Below, one piece after another: positions 38,072-47,468 of a stretch of 61,829 nt of DNA (position 1 is its first letter; every line of letters starts with the position of its first letter). Source of the DNA: a virus (Duplodnaviria; Caudoviricetes); IMG/VR virus record IMGVR_UViG_3300042934_000981, positions 1 through 61,829 of that record. One strand, written 5' to 3'. Both the position numbers and the translations under genes were made by a program. A model generated the notes under the pieces. The model was not told the DNA's origin. It did not search any database and worked only from the letters and a program-made list of their open reading frames with translations.

Positions 38072-38766
38072 CAGGCATCCGCCCCGTCACGCGAGTCGAC
38101 CTTGAGACCCTGTGCGAGCGCGGCCATGTGCGAGTCCGCCTGGACCCGCGGTGCCGGCTGCTGTGCCTGCTGAGCCTGCTGGCGGGCGATCATCTCCTGG
38201 ATGTACGCGTCCCGCTGGCCGATCTGGTCCGGCGCCCACACGGCGCCGATGACATCCGACGTGCCGCCGTTGTTGTAGAGCGACAGGCCGAACTGCGTGC
38301 CGAGGTAGATCGCGGCGCGCTTGAGGGCGTCGGACTCGCTCGTCTTGATCGCGAAGTCCGTGACCTCGCCGACGTCGGGACCGACCTGGCTGGCGGCCGC
38401 GGTCTCGGTGTACGTCGCGCCCGTCTGGTGGATCGTGAGCCGCACCGTGGACTGCGCGGTCACCGACCAGTTGAAGACCGGCTGGCCGTTCTCGTCGACC
38501 TTGGGCTTCTTCGTGCGGTTGCCCGAGGGTCCGACCCAGTCGAACGCGGGGACGTCCTGCTGCATGCGCAGCACCTTGGACTCGACGACGTCGGCCGAGA
38601 AGCCGCCGTAGCCGAACACACGGATGAGCGTGGCCTTGATCTGCCACGCCTCCATGTAGCTGAGCGTCGCGCCACCCTGCTTGCGCTGGGAGACCAGGAG
38701 CGGGGAGAGGTCCTCGCCGAGGTAGTACAGCTGCTCGCGGGTGAGCGGGGTGTGCTCGATGACCAT
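38071..38766 (-). CDS. Rad52/Sak-like single-strand annealing protein
   Basis: LSYMEAW.....LIRVFGYGGFS, AIKTSESDALKRAA...G..FGLSLY. Confidence 0.85.
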   Translation of the reverse strand: MVIEHTPLTREQLYYLGEDLSPLLVSQRKQGGATLSYMEAWQIKATLIRVFGYGGFSADVVESKVLRMQQDVPAFDWVGPSGNRTKKPKVDENGQPVFNWSVTAQSTVRLTIHQTGATYTETAAASQVGPDVGEVTDFAIKTSESDALKRAAIYLGTQFGLSLYNNGGTSDVIGAVWAPDQIGQRDAYIQEMIARQQAQQAQQPAPRVQADSHMAALAQGLKVDSRDGADA

Positions 38767-38777
38767 GAGGTTTCCTT

Positions 38778-39317
38778 TCATGCCGCACGTGCGGCGGATA
38801 GGGCGGTCTGTTCGGCGTTGCAGATGCGGCAGCGCCGGCGACCGTCGGACTGGACCATGAGGTTGTGACCTGAGTATGGGTGACCCATCGGACAATGGGT
38901 CTTGGCGGCGTTAATCTGGCCCATGTTCTGCCGGCCGAGCGAGTGGCGCTCACGCCAGGCGAGATAGCAGACGGCGCACCGCCAGCCCATCGAGTTGTCG
39001 GGCATCTCGTTGCCGGCATACTCGTGGCCATTCGGGCACCGCTCACCGCGGGCCCGGCCAGGGGTGGCGACGAACAGGTGCGGGTTGACATTGAGCGGGT
39101 GCGTGCCCTCCTTCGCGATGAGCTTCGTCGCGAAGTCGAGCGGCCCGATCGCCTTCACGTACAGGTGGCGGTTGAGCCGCGTGGGCAGACCGTCGATGTA
39201 GACGATGGGCTGGCGCTGGTTCTTCCAGTAGCACCACTCGGGCATGACGATCGCCCGCTCGGGTCGCTTCGCGATCTGCTCGAGCAGGGTGGACTCGATC
39301 TCAGAAGTGAGGCGCAA
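38778..39317 (-). CDS. degenerate HNH-like protein with two CPxGH-Y zinc-finger repeats
   Basis: RHLY...GP.....NVNPHL; CPNGHEY..RCAVC; THCPMGHPY..RCRIC; TTG start inferred. Confidence 0.65.
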   Translation of the reverse strand: MRLTSEIESTLLEQIAKRPERAIVMPEWCYWKNQRQPIVYIDGLPTRLNRHLYVKAIGPLDFATKLIAKEGTHPLNVNPHLFVATPGRARGERCPNGHEYAGNEMPDNSMGWRCAVCYLAWRERHSLGRQNMGQINAAKTHCPMGHPYSGHNLMVQSDGRRRCRICNAEQTALSAARAA

Positions 39318-39903
39318 CGTCGAGTCCTTCCGGGAGCGTGACCTTGTCGAGCGCTCGGGTGTAGAGCTGCGCGAGCTTGCCGTCGAGCGGCTGCCCCAGG
39401 ATGCGCGCGCCCATGAAGGCGAGCGTGAGCCCATCCGCCTCGTCGTTGTTGCTGATCGGCGCCCACGGGTGACGGCGCACCATCGCGAGCAGGACCTCTT
39501 CCTTGTCGAGCTTCGAGCCCTTGCCTGTGGCGTAGATCTTGAGGTGCTGCGTGATCACGCTCACGACCGGGATGCCGTATCCACGGAGCATCTTCACGGT
39601 CAGCCACCACAGCCCGGAGCGGTCGTGCGCGGATCCGCCGGCAGCTGCGGTCGCCGGCGCCTCGAGCACCGCGATCAGGGGGAGCCGCTCCGACGTCGTG
39701 AGCAGGGCCTCGATCGAGTAGACGATGGCCTCGATGCGATCGAGGCGCATCAGGATGGGCTCGTCGCGCTTGCCCGAACGGCCGTAGCGATAGCACTCGG
39801 CCACGATGCCGGCCGACTCGATCGCGTGGGTATCCGTGCCCACGACGCCGACGCCCGTGCTGGTCAGGCTGAGATCGATCCCGATGGAGATCGGCGCGTG
39901 CAT
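39301..39903 (-). CDS. RuvC-like Holliday junction resolvase
   Basis: IGIDLSLTSTG, VLE, LKIYATGKG..DK, NNDEADG. Confidence 0.88.
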   Translation of the reverse strand: MHAPISIGIDLSLTSTGVGVVGTDTHAIESAGIVAECYRYGRSGKRDEPILMRLDRIEAIVYSIEALLTTSERLPLIAVLEAPATAAAGGSAHDRSGLWWLTVKMLRGYGIPVVSVITQHLKIYATGKGSKLDKEEVLLAMVRRHPWAPISNNDEADGLTLAFMGARILGQPLDGKLAQLYTRALDKVTLPEGLDVAPHF

Positions 39904-40289
39904 CAGTCGTTCACCTCCGTGATGTGGCAGGCGCTCCATGCGGACTGCTTGAGGAGGACCTGCCGCAGCCGTGCCTTCGTGAACACGACGACCAGCCGCG
40001 AGGTCTCGTCACCGACCTCCATCTGATCGCAGGAGGCGGCGAGCGGAAGGTAGCGGTCCTCGCCCTCCTCGAACGGCACGAGCATGTGGCCGTACGCCCG
40101 GATGTACTGCCCCTCGCGCCAGACGAGATCGACTGAGCCGACCACGGCGATCGGATTGGCCTCGTCGCCGGTCTCGGCGGTGAGCGGGAGGCTCTGGTCG
40201 GGGTCCCACTGGACGGCGCCGGCCGCCAGTAGCCGGCCGTCGGACGACAGCACGTTCTCGACGGCGATGATGCCGGCCCACGTGGTCAT
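39903..40289 (-). CDS. miniature prohead-protease-like protein (probably inactive)
   Basis: aligns by eye with the protease domain of 7012-9495. Confidence 0.6.
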   Translation of the reverse strand: MTTWAGIIAVENVLSSDGRLLAAGAVQWDPDQSLPLTAETGDEANPIAVVGSVDLVWREGQYIRAYGHMLVPFEEGEDRYLPLAASCDQMEVGDETSRLVVVFTKARLRQVLLKQSAWSACHITEVND

Positions 40290-40486
40290 CAGAACGCGCT
40301 CGGCAGGGTGAAGACGTCGATGACCTCGGCTCGGCTCTGCCGCCCCGTGGCGAGTGCGGCAGAATCGGCGCAGTCCTCGTGGTTCTCGAACCCCTGACCG
40401 CCGTCGGTGGCGATGATCTCGCCGTTCCCCGCCTTGAGGCGCCAGGCGTACTTGCCGTCCGCGCGACGGTAGATTTCGATCTTCAT
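40289..40486 (-). CDS. DUF1508/YegP-like protein
   Basis: EIYRRADGKYAWRLKAGNGEIIAT..QGF. Confidence 0.8.
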   Translation of the reverse strand: MKIEIYRRADGKYAWRLKAGNGEIIATDGGQGFENHEDCADSAALATGRQSRAEVIDVFTLPSAF

Positions 40487-40570
40487 GGTGCTCCCTGGGT
40501 TGAGGGGGCGACGGCTCTCCGAACTTCTCGGATAGGTGCCTGCGGGTCTGGCCGTCGCCCCCGGTCTCGA

Positions 40571-41173
40571 TCAGAACGGGGTGTCGTCCCCGTACTGGCC
40601 CGGCTGCCCCGGCTGGGGCTGGTAGGTGCGAGCGTCCGGGAAGCCGCCCTGCTGCGGCTGGGGCGGGTACCCCTGCTGCGGCTGCTGGAACTGCTGCGGC
40701 TGGGCCGGGAAGCCCTGCGGTGCACCCTGCTGGGGGAAGCCCTGCCCGGGCAGCTGCGGCGCGCCCTGCTGCGGAGTGGCGCCCTGCTGACGCTGGCCAC
40801 CACCGCCGCCACCTGCAGCGCGCGTCACCTGAGCGGTGGCGTAGCGCAGGCTCGGGCCGATCTCCTCGATCTCGATCTCGGTCGAGCGCTGGGTGACGCC
40901 GTCCTTCTCGTACGAGCGGATCTTGAGCTTGCCGTGGGCGACGACGCGCGTGCCTTTGGTGAGCGAGCCGGCGATGTGCTCGGCGAGCTCACGCCAGGCG
41001 GAGGCGCGGATGAACATCGCCTCGCCGTCCTTGAACTCGTTCGCCTGCTTGTCGAACGTGCGCTCGGTCGACGCAATCGTGAAGTTGGCGACCGGGACGC
41101 CGTTCTGCGTGTAGCGCAGCTCGGGGTCGGCGGTCAGGTTGCCGATCAGAGTGATGAGTGTTTCACCGGCCAT
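40571..41173 (-). CDS. ssb: single-stranded DNA-binding protein
   Basis: GNLTADPELRYT..G..VANFTIA; acidic DDTPF C-terminus. Confidence 0.95.
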   Translation of the reverse strand: MAGETLITLIGNLTADPELRYTQNGVPVANFTIASTERTFDKQANEFKDGEAMFIRASAWRELAEHIAGSLTKGTRVVAHGKLKIRSYEKDGVTQRSTEIEIEEIGPSLRYATAQVTRAAGGGGGGQRQQGATPQQGAPQLPGQGFPQQGAPQGFPAQPQQFQQPQQGYPPQPQQGGFPDARTYQPQPGQPGQYGDDTPF

Positions 41174-41399
41174 CGGTGTGTCCTTCCTGGGTGGTGAGGT
41201 TCGCGAGCTCGGCCGCCTGGCCGATCATGCTCACGAGCTCGGGGTCTGGATCGGGGAAGCCGGCACCGGCCTTCCCGAACGCATGGAACTCGCCGCTCTC
41301 CGGCGAGTAGGTGACGACCACGGCCATGACCGTGTGCTCGTCCGTGGGTGATTCCGGGAACGTCACGAACTGGGCTCGCCGTGTGGGTCCGTCCGTCAT
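41163..41399 (-). CDS. hypothetical protein
   Basis: GAAAGGA RBS, downstream of a promoter. Confidence 0.65.
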   Translation of the reverse strand: MTDGPTRRAQFVTFPESPTDEHTVMAVVVTYSPESGEFHAFGKAGAGFPDPDPELVSMIGQAAELANLTTQEGHTDGR

Positions 41400-41424
41400 G
41401 GTGTCCTTTCTGGGGTACGACATA

Positions 41425-41453
41425 AGGCTATCAGCGCACTACTCCTAGGTCAA
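41425..41453 (-). promoter_or_regulatory. sigma70-type promoter
   Basis: TTGACC-17-TAGCCT. Confidence 0.7.
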
Positions 41454-41612
41454 AGGGCCAACCGGGTTGGGCTCCTTCCCCTCGCGCCACCCGTTGCCCC
41501 CGCACTCGGGGCACTTCTTCTTCGGCGGCCTCGCGCCCCACGGGCCGTACGCCACGGCGCCCGTACCCCGGCACATCTCGCAGGAATCGGGGCCGTCGAT
41601 CTCAGGAGCCAT
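41445..41612 (-). CDS. small DnaJ-type zinc finger protein
   Basis: CEMCRGTG and CPECGGNG. Confidence 0.6.
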   Translation of the reverse strand: MAPEIDGPDSCEMCRGTGAVAYGPWGARPPKKKCPECGGNGWREGKEPNPVGPLT

Positions 41613-42063
41613 CGACGCGCTCCGCGGTGAGCTCCTGGTCATGCACCCGCACGCCCATATCGATGTGCCAGTCGTCGCCGCGAGAGTCCTCCACGTGCTT
41701 CGCGGAGCGCACGTCGACGCGGCGGGCGATCTCCCACAGCGCTTCGCTCGCGATGTGCGGGCCGAAGATCCGGCGCCCTCGCCAGCTGAATGTCTCGCGC
41801 GCTTCGTGCTCCCAGTACCGCAGGTAGAGGCCGAAGATCATCTGGATGATCTCGTTCTGCGTCGAGTACTCGCTCGGCCACGCCTTGCCGCCGAAGCCGT
41901 AGCCCATCTCGCCGGTGATGACGTCGCGGCGGTAGCACTGGATCTGGACGAAGACGCGCGGCTCGTCGATGCCGATCCGCACAGAGCAGTCCATGCCGAG
42001 GTCGATCTCGTTGGCGATCGTCTCGAGGCGGTTGATGAGGATGTGGGTGCTGTCGTCAGGCAT
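41602..42063 (-). CDS. hypothetical protein
   Basis: GGK.....EHEARETF...GRRIFGPHI motif. Confidence 0.7.
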   Translation of the reverse strand: MPDDSTHILINRLETIANEIDLGMDCSVRIGIDEPRVFVQIQCYRRDVITGEMGYGFGGKAWPSEYSTQNEIIQMIFGLYLRYWEHEARETFSWRGRRIFGPHIASEALWEIARRVDVRSAKHVEDSRGDDWHIDMGVRVHDQELTAERVDGS

Positions 42064-43216
42064 AGCGGTTGTATCCAATCTCGTCGTGACCCAGCGCCGC
42101 GAGGATGAGGCGCTCGGCGAGCAGTGGCGGAACGGCGTTGCCGATCTGCCGGAATTGCGAGGTCATCGACCCCGCAAGTGGAAAGTCTCGAGGGAACGTC
42201 TGCAGAGCAGCGACCTCCTCGATCGTGGGGCGGTAGGCGTCGACGGTGTTGCGCCGGACGTAGCGCTTCATCGCCTCCTCCTTGCCGAGCCGGGCGATGT
42301 CGTCGGCATTCACCTTGTGCCCGGGCTCCCAGATGGCCGGCCGGTGCATGATCGTCGTCGACGGGCGCTCGAACGCCCAGCGCATCCAGCTGCGAGACTT
42401 GCTCGTCACGCCCCAGCTGGGCTGCGCCGTGTCGCGGAGATCCCGGGAGCGGTACTCCCTGCCGGCAATCGTCACGCCCTCGTCGCGGCCGTCCGCCTTG
42501 CGGGGGAAGCCGACGACACCGTCCTCCCAGCCGAGCGCCTCGGCCATCGAGACCCACGGCCGGACGCCAGCATCCATGCGCTTCGGATCGCGCACGTGGT
42601 AGCGGGAGTGCGTCGGCCGCGGCATCGTGATGTTCGCCTCGCGGTTCGCGATGAGCACCGCCCGGCGCCGGGTCTGCGGCACGCCGTACTGCTCGGCGCT
42701 CACGAGCCCGGTCTCGACCGAGTACCCGAGGGCGCGGAGCACGAGCGCGTACGCCTCCCAGACCGGCAGCACGGCCGGCACCTGCTCGAGCACCACGGCC
42801 ACCGGGTAGTCGCGGACGATGTAGAGCAGCGGGATCAGCACGAGCGCCGTGCGCGAGTCGGCATCCGGCCGGGAGTACAGGGCGCGGATCGTGTCGTACA
42901 GCCACGTCAGCGCATAGCACCCGTCGGCCATCGACGCGGCGATGCCCGTGATCAGGTCGAGATCCTGACGACCGTGACCCTTGCCGACCTTCGAGAACGT
43001 CTGGCACGGCGGGCCTGCGGTGAGCAGCCGGTACGTCAGCTGCAGGTGCGGGGTCGCGAGGTTCCACACGTCGTCGGAGATCGTCGTCATGCCGGCCGCC
43101 AGGCGTGTGTCGCGCACGTCGGCGTCGCTCTCGATGCCGAGCTCCTTGATGCCGATCGCCTCGAGCGCCGCGCCGAAGCCGATGCCGGCGAACGCTGAGA
43201 CTGCGACGTCGCTCAC
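42056..43216 (-). CDS. DNA cytosine-C5 methyltransferase
   Basis: FAGIG, GPPCQ.FS, EQV, YGVPQTRRR, LQTFP, QIGNAVPP. Confidence 0.92.
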   Translation of the reverse strand: MSDVAVSAFAGIGFGAALEAIGIKELGIESDADVRDTRLAAGMTTISDDVWNLATPHLQLTYRLLTAGPPCQTFSKVGKGHGRQDLDLITGIAASMADGCYALTWLYDTIRALYSRPDADSRTALVLIPLLYIVRDYPVAVVLEQVPAVLPVWEAYALVLRALGYSVETGLVSAEQYGVPQTRRRAVLIANREANITMPRPTHSRYHVRDPKRMDAGVRPWVSMAEALGWEDGVVGFPRKADGRDEGVTIAGREYRSRDLRDTAQPSWGVTSKSRSWMRWAFERPSTTIMHRPAIWEPGHKVNADDIARLGKEEAMKRYVRRNTVDAYRPTIEEVAALQTFPRDFPLAGSMTSQFRQIGNAVPPLLAERLILAALGHDEIGYNRYA

Positions 43217-43461
43217 TCGTCCAGCCCCAATGCTCGGCGAGTGCTGGCGCCGTATCGGTTGCGCAGCTTCTCGAGCGTGTACAGCGAGGCGCCGTTGGGG
43301 TGGTTGATGAGCAGGCCGGCGATCTCGTTGAAGAGCTCGGCCGGCATGTCGTGGTGCGCGAGGTGCACGGCCTCGTCGACGAGCTCCGTGACCGTCGCCC
43401 GTCCGGCGATGAACGTCGGCTTGTCGAACTTGGCGTCGATCACCCTGGTCGTGATGCTCAC
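43213..43461 (-). CDS. hypothetical protein
   Basis: GTGA overlaps. Confidence 0.6.
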   Translation of the reverse strand: MSITTRVIDAKFDKPTFIAGRATVTELVDEAVHLAHHDMPAELFNEIAGLLINHPNGASLYTLEKLRNRYGASTRRALGLDE

Positions 43462-43913
43462 GAGCGGATCCCTGTCAGCTTCACGCCTTGGCTCTCCTCC
43501 GCTTCGGCGTACGCCTTCCCCCAGGGGACGCGCTGATCCTGTCGATCCTGGAACCGGGCGGCGAAGTCCCGTGCGTCGCGCTCGAAGCGGATGCCGTCGT
43601 GCGCCAGCCGATCAATGAGCGCCGTCGCCTGCGGCTGCCAGATCGACTCGAGACCGGCGCCGTTGTGCGTCTCCTCGTCTTGCCATGCGCCGATCGCAGC
43701 GACCATACGGTCACGCAGGCCGAGCTCGACCATCGCGTAGCCGACGCCGCACTGCGGCTCGAGCCCATAGCTCACGTACATGCACACGGGCTCGCGGTAC
43801 ACGTAGTTGGCGCCGCGCTCGTCGATACCCTTCTGCAGCGCGGCCTTGAACTCATCGAGCGTGACGACTTGCGTGTAGCCGCGCGACGCCTCGTCGGGTG
43901 TGGGGTCGGTCAT
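43458..43913 (-). CDS. hypothetical protein
   Basis: CCGGAAAGGA RBS; C.Y......C.VG and QD.QD...PWG.A motifs. Confidence 0.7.
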   Translation of the reverse strand: MTDPTPDEASRGYTQVVTLDEFKAALQKGIDERGANYVYREPVCMYVSYGLEPQCGVGYAMVELGLRDRMVAAIGAWQDEETHNGAGLESIWQPQATALIDRLAHDGIRFERDARDFAARFQDRQDQRVPWGKAYAEAEESQGVKLTGIRS

Positions 43914-44033
43914 GAGAGTGTCCTTTCCGGGACGGTCAGCGGATGGGGAAGTGCTCGGGCATGGGGATGCCGAGTACCTGGTGAAGCGACGCGAAGGCGT
44001 CGCTGAACGTGTCGGGGTCGAGCGGCTCCGCCC

Positions 44034-44246
44034 TCACCACACGCCGCCGATCTGCAGCGAGTACGCCGTCGCGAGTGCCCCCACCACGAGCAAGAGCACG
44101 CCGCCTGTGATCAGGTTCGCCCGTGCACTGGCACGGTCAGCGAGCGATGGGCGGGGGAGCACGGACGGGGGATCCTCGGGCGGCCTGTCTCTGCGTGCGG
44201 CCGGCATGGGGAACATCCGAACTCGGCGATCTGCGGTCATGACCAT
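44034..44246 (-). CDS. small membrane protein
   Basis: C-terminal TM segment; start uncertain. Confidence 0.5.
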   Translation of the reverse strand: MVMTADRRVRMFPMPAARRDRPPEDPPSVLPRPSLADRASARANLITGGVLLLVVGALATAYSLQIGGVW

Positions 44247-44261
44247 CCCTCTCTGTGTGCC

Positions 44262-44460
44262 CCGTTATATAGGGGCTGCAACTCTGGCTCAACTCTGGCT
44301 CTCTGGCCAACTCTGGCTCTCTGGCGCCAGAGTTGGGGTCTGACTCTGTCGGAAGAAAACCCCAGGTCAGGTATAAGAAAGAAAGAATTTGTTGAATCGC
44401 GATATAGGGAGAAAAGAGGCCATCCAACTCTGGCGCCAGAGAACCAGAGTTGAACTTTCT
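44262..44460. repeat. iteron-like repeats flanking an AT-rich core; candidate replication origin
   Basis: CAACTCTGGC at 44279, 44290, 44308, 44425; palindrome CTCTGGCGCCAGAG at 44319 and 44428; A-rich 44371-44417. Confidence 0.7.
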
Positions 44461-44463
44461 GCC

Positions 44464-46614
44464 CTATGCCACAGCTTCGTAGCGATACACCTCCTTCGTC
44501 TTTCGCACCTTGCCCGTTGCGGTCGCGGTGACTCTGCCCTGATCGACGAGCATGCTGATCGCCGCATCGGCGTGGTCCCGCATCGCCTTCGACAGACGCG
44601 GCACCATCTCGCCGAGCGACAGGCCCGGCCGTTCGCGGAGCATGTCCACCAGGCGGTCGGCCGTGCGGTGCAGGATCGCCTGCTCTGTCGCCATGAGACG
44701 TTCCGCATCCCCGCGCCCCTTCGCCACGTTCTCCGCGTTCAGGCTGCGGCTGTACGTGTGCATGAGCTCGGAGCGCGTGGCGTCGCTGTGCGCCATCATC
44801 GTGTCGGCCGCGCTCCACCATTCCTCGGTGACCGCCACGTCTCCGTGCATGATCGACAGCAGCGCCGTGAGGCGCAGCTTCGTGAACAGCCAGTGACCCT
44901 TGAGCGGGTCGGCCGTGCCGATCTTGATCTCCCGCTGTGCGAGCAGGATCTCGTTCACGATCGCCTGCTCGACCTGGATGAAGTAGACCCGCTTCTCGTC
45001 GGGCATCCAGGTGTTCGTGCCGTGCAGGATGGGATCCATCGGGAGGTCCTCGTGGATCGCCAGCTTGATCGGCCCGGGATCCTCGACGAACGGTGAGTCC
45101 ATCGACAGCGTCTCGTCGCGCACGTGGGCGAAGACGAAGCGCTGCGGCAGGCCGCCCGTCACGCCGTCCTTCTCGAACAGCACCTTGCCGAGCCCGGGCT
45201 GCACGCCGACCATCATGGCCAGGCGGTAGCTGTGCGCCTCGAGCGTGCGGTTGCGATCCTCGGTGGCGTTGGCCGTGCCGAACGCGCCGCCCGTCCACAG
45301 CGTCTTGAGGATCGACAGCAGCATGTTGCCGTTGCGAGCTGCGAGCGTGTCTAGCGCGTCGATCTCGTCCAGCATGGCGAGCGCCTGCCAGGCGATGCGC
45401 TCGTCCTGCATCTGACCCTCGATGCGCCGGCGCTGCACGAACCGCGTGATCAGGCCCTCGCCGCTCGAGGGCGTGAAGCGCTTGGCCACGTCGTGCCGGA
45501 ACGGCGGCCGCGGCCAGAGGTTCTCGTCGACGCCCGTCATCAGCGCGCTCTTGCCGGCGCCGGATGCGCCGGCAAGCACGGAGAACTGGTTGAGGGATCC
45601 CTTGGGCAGACCGCCCAAGCGCGGGAGCATGACCTGGGGAGGCAGGTCCGCGGACAGCCGGGTGATGAGCACGAGCAGCGCAGCCCATGGGTTGACCATC
45701 TGCGACTGGGCCCACTGCCTCACGTGGCGCAGCTCAGGCGTGCGATCGAACCATGAGTAGTCGATGATCGCGACGCGCTCCGCGACGACGGCCTCGGCCT
45801 TGGGGCGGACGCCGCCGTTGGCCTGCACGGCGTTGCCGAGCGAGACGGTCCACTCGCGCTGGTACTTCGGCTGATCCCACGGTCCGCGCAGCCACTCGCT
45901 GCGCAGGATCTCGAGCGCCTGTCCGACGCCGGGCTCGCCGTCCACGGTGGCCAGGCGGATCAGGTGGACCATGCGCTGCCAGAGCTCGCCGCGACCGAAG
46001 TCGGTGGCCGGGATCTTGGCGAGCGCGCTCTTGACCAGCGGGCTCATCTTGCCGCCGCCGATGGTGGCCAGCCACTCACCGAGCGTGCCACCCCAGCCGT
46101 CGCCCTCGGTGCCGGTGTGGTTCATGAACCACTCGGGTGCTGGCTTGAACTCGTCGCGTGAGTCGGGCCACGCCTCGTCCCACCAGATGAAGTACGACCC
46201 GCCCGAGCGGCGGTCGACACCCATCAGGCGCGTGCCGCCCTCGAGCTTGTGGTTCTGCGTCGGGCCCGGCACCTGCGGCGGTGCGGCGTACACGAGGTGG
46301 TGCCCGCCGGATGCCGTCTCGTACCAGTAGCTCTCCGAGGGCTTGAGCCCGGCGTCGCCGAGCGAGACCCACCCGTCCTTGTCGGGCTTCGCGTCGATGT
46401 CCATCACGACCAGGCCGCTGACCCCTGCGGCCACGCCGATCAGCGCCTCGGGCGCGGCGTCCCACCAGCGGCGGATCTGCTCAGAATCGAGGGATGCCTC
46501 GAGGAACCCGTGCTCGGTGCGCGGCGACTTCATCCCATCGCCCGTCTCCCAGCACGGGAAGACGTGTAGACCTAGTGCTGCGAGCGCCTGCGCCCGCTCT
46601 CCGTTGTCGCTCAC
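44464..46614 (-). CDS. bifunctional primase/polymerase fused to P-loop helicase-like domain
   Basis: VFPC...K.P, IGVA.G..GLVVMDID, ETASGGHH.Y; GASGAGKS, SSGEGL, DEID. Confidence 0.88.
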   Translation of the reverse strand: MSDNGERAQALAALGLHVFPCWETGDGMKSPRTEHGFLEASLDSEQIRRWWDAAPEALIGVAAGVSGLVVMDIDAKPDKDGWVSLGDAGLKPSESYWYETASGGHHLVYAAPPQVPGPTQNHKLEGGTRLMGVDRRSGGSYFIWWDEAWPDSRDEFKPAPEWFMNHTGTEGDGWGGTLGEWLATIGGGKMSPLVKSALAKIPATDFGRGELWQRMVHLIRLATVDGEPGVGQALEILRSEWLRGPWDQPKYQREWTVSLGNAVQANGGVRPKAEAVVAERVAIIDYSWFDRTPELRHVRQWAQSQMVNPWAALLVLITRLSADLPPQVMLPRLGGLPKGSLNQFSVLAGASGAGKSALMTGVDENLWPRPPFRHDVAKRFTPSSGEGLITRFVQRRRIEGQMQDERIAWQALAMLDEIDALDTLAARNGNMLLSILKTLWTGGAFGTANATEDRNRTLEAHSYRLAMMVGVQPGLGKVLFEKDGVTGGLPQRFVFAHVRDETLSMDSPFVEDPGPIKLAIHEDLPMDPILHGTNTWMPDEKRVYFIQVEQAIVNEILLAQREIKIGTADPLKGHWLFTKLRLTALLSIMHGDVAVTEEWWSAADTMMAHSDATRSELMHTYSRSLNAENVAKGRGDAERLMATEQAILHRTADRLVDMLRERPGLSLGEMVPRLSKAMRDHADAAISMLVDQGRVTATATGKVRKTKEVYRYEAVA

Positions 46615-46903
46615 GGCCCTAGATGTGGGGCTGGATGTAACGATTCGGGCTAGATGTAGTGCGCATTCTTGACTCCTGACTTGCGCCGAGCCTCATGCGT
46701 GCCACAGAATGTGGATGCGAGGCATCTGGACCATGTCTTCCGAAGCGTACCCCCCGGGCTCGCTTCTTGCGAGGCTCCGATTTCCATCCTGACCCGGTGG
46801 ACTTCGGGGCCTCGCTGTTTGTGTGCCGCGTGATACGCTACGGCTGTGTTCTTTCCGGGACATTCAGCCCCTCGGCCTTCGACAGCCGGGGGGCGTCTCT
46901 GTG

Positions 46904-47206
46904 TCAGCGGCGCGCTCTGAGCCGCGCGATGCCGGCCGCCAGCACCTTGCGGATGGACAGCCCGTCGGCCTTGGTCTTCGCCATCACCTGCGCCCACACG
47001 TCGTCATCGATGAGGATCGATGTCTTGTGCGGCACGGCCGGCGTGACCTTGAGCTTGCCCGACAGGTAGTCGTTGAAGATCGAGCGCGTGATCGTGGAGG
47101 CCGGCACGTCCTGGACGCTGGCCACGGAGTGCAGCGTCTCGCGATCCTCGGTGGACATGTAGACCGTGCGCAGCCGGTCAGCGTCGGTCGTGTTCTTCTT
47201 GCTCAT
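46904..47206 (-). CDS. tandem RHH-like DNA-binding protein
   Basis: RTVYM...STITRSIF and TSILIDDDVW....K..GLSIRKVL. Confidence 0.65.
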   Translation of the reverse strand: MSKKNTTDADRLRTVYMSTEDRETLHSVASVQDVPASTITRSIFNDYLSGKLKVTPAVPHKTSILIDDDVWAQVMAKTKADGLSIRKVLAAGIARLRARR

Positions 47207-47468
47207 GAGAGCCTTCCTTCTCGGTGGGTAGGTAGCGCAGCCAGACGTCGGCGATCGGCCGGCCGCCGCTGCGTGCGGTGACGCCACGCCTGGCGTAGAT
47301 CTTGCCGTCGTCCAGCCTGAGCGGACGCACGGTGCGCCGGCGGATGCGGTCGACGACCTCGTCCGGCACGGCGACGAGCTCGGGGAACAAGCGCCACTGC
47401 CCGGGGCGCGCACGGAGCTCTCGCACCATGCGCGCCCACGGGTAGTTGGGCCTGCCCTTCGCGCCCAT
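47178..47468 (-). CDS. hypothetical protein
   Basis: TGATG overlap; ELRARPGQW...VWLRY. Confidence 0.65.
   Translation of the reverse strand: MGAKGRPNYPWARMVRELRARPGQWRLFPELVAVPDEVVDRIRRRTVRPLRLDDGKIYARRGVTARSGGRPIADVWLRYLPTEKEGSHEQEEHDRR

Noticed and set aside
42056-43216. Restriction-modification system
   Set aside because: No adjacent restriction endonuclease recognisable; treated as an orphan methyltransferase
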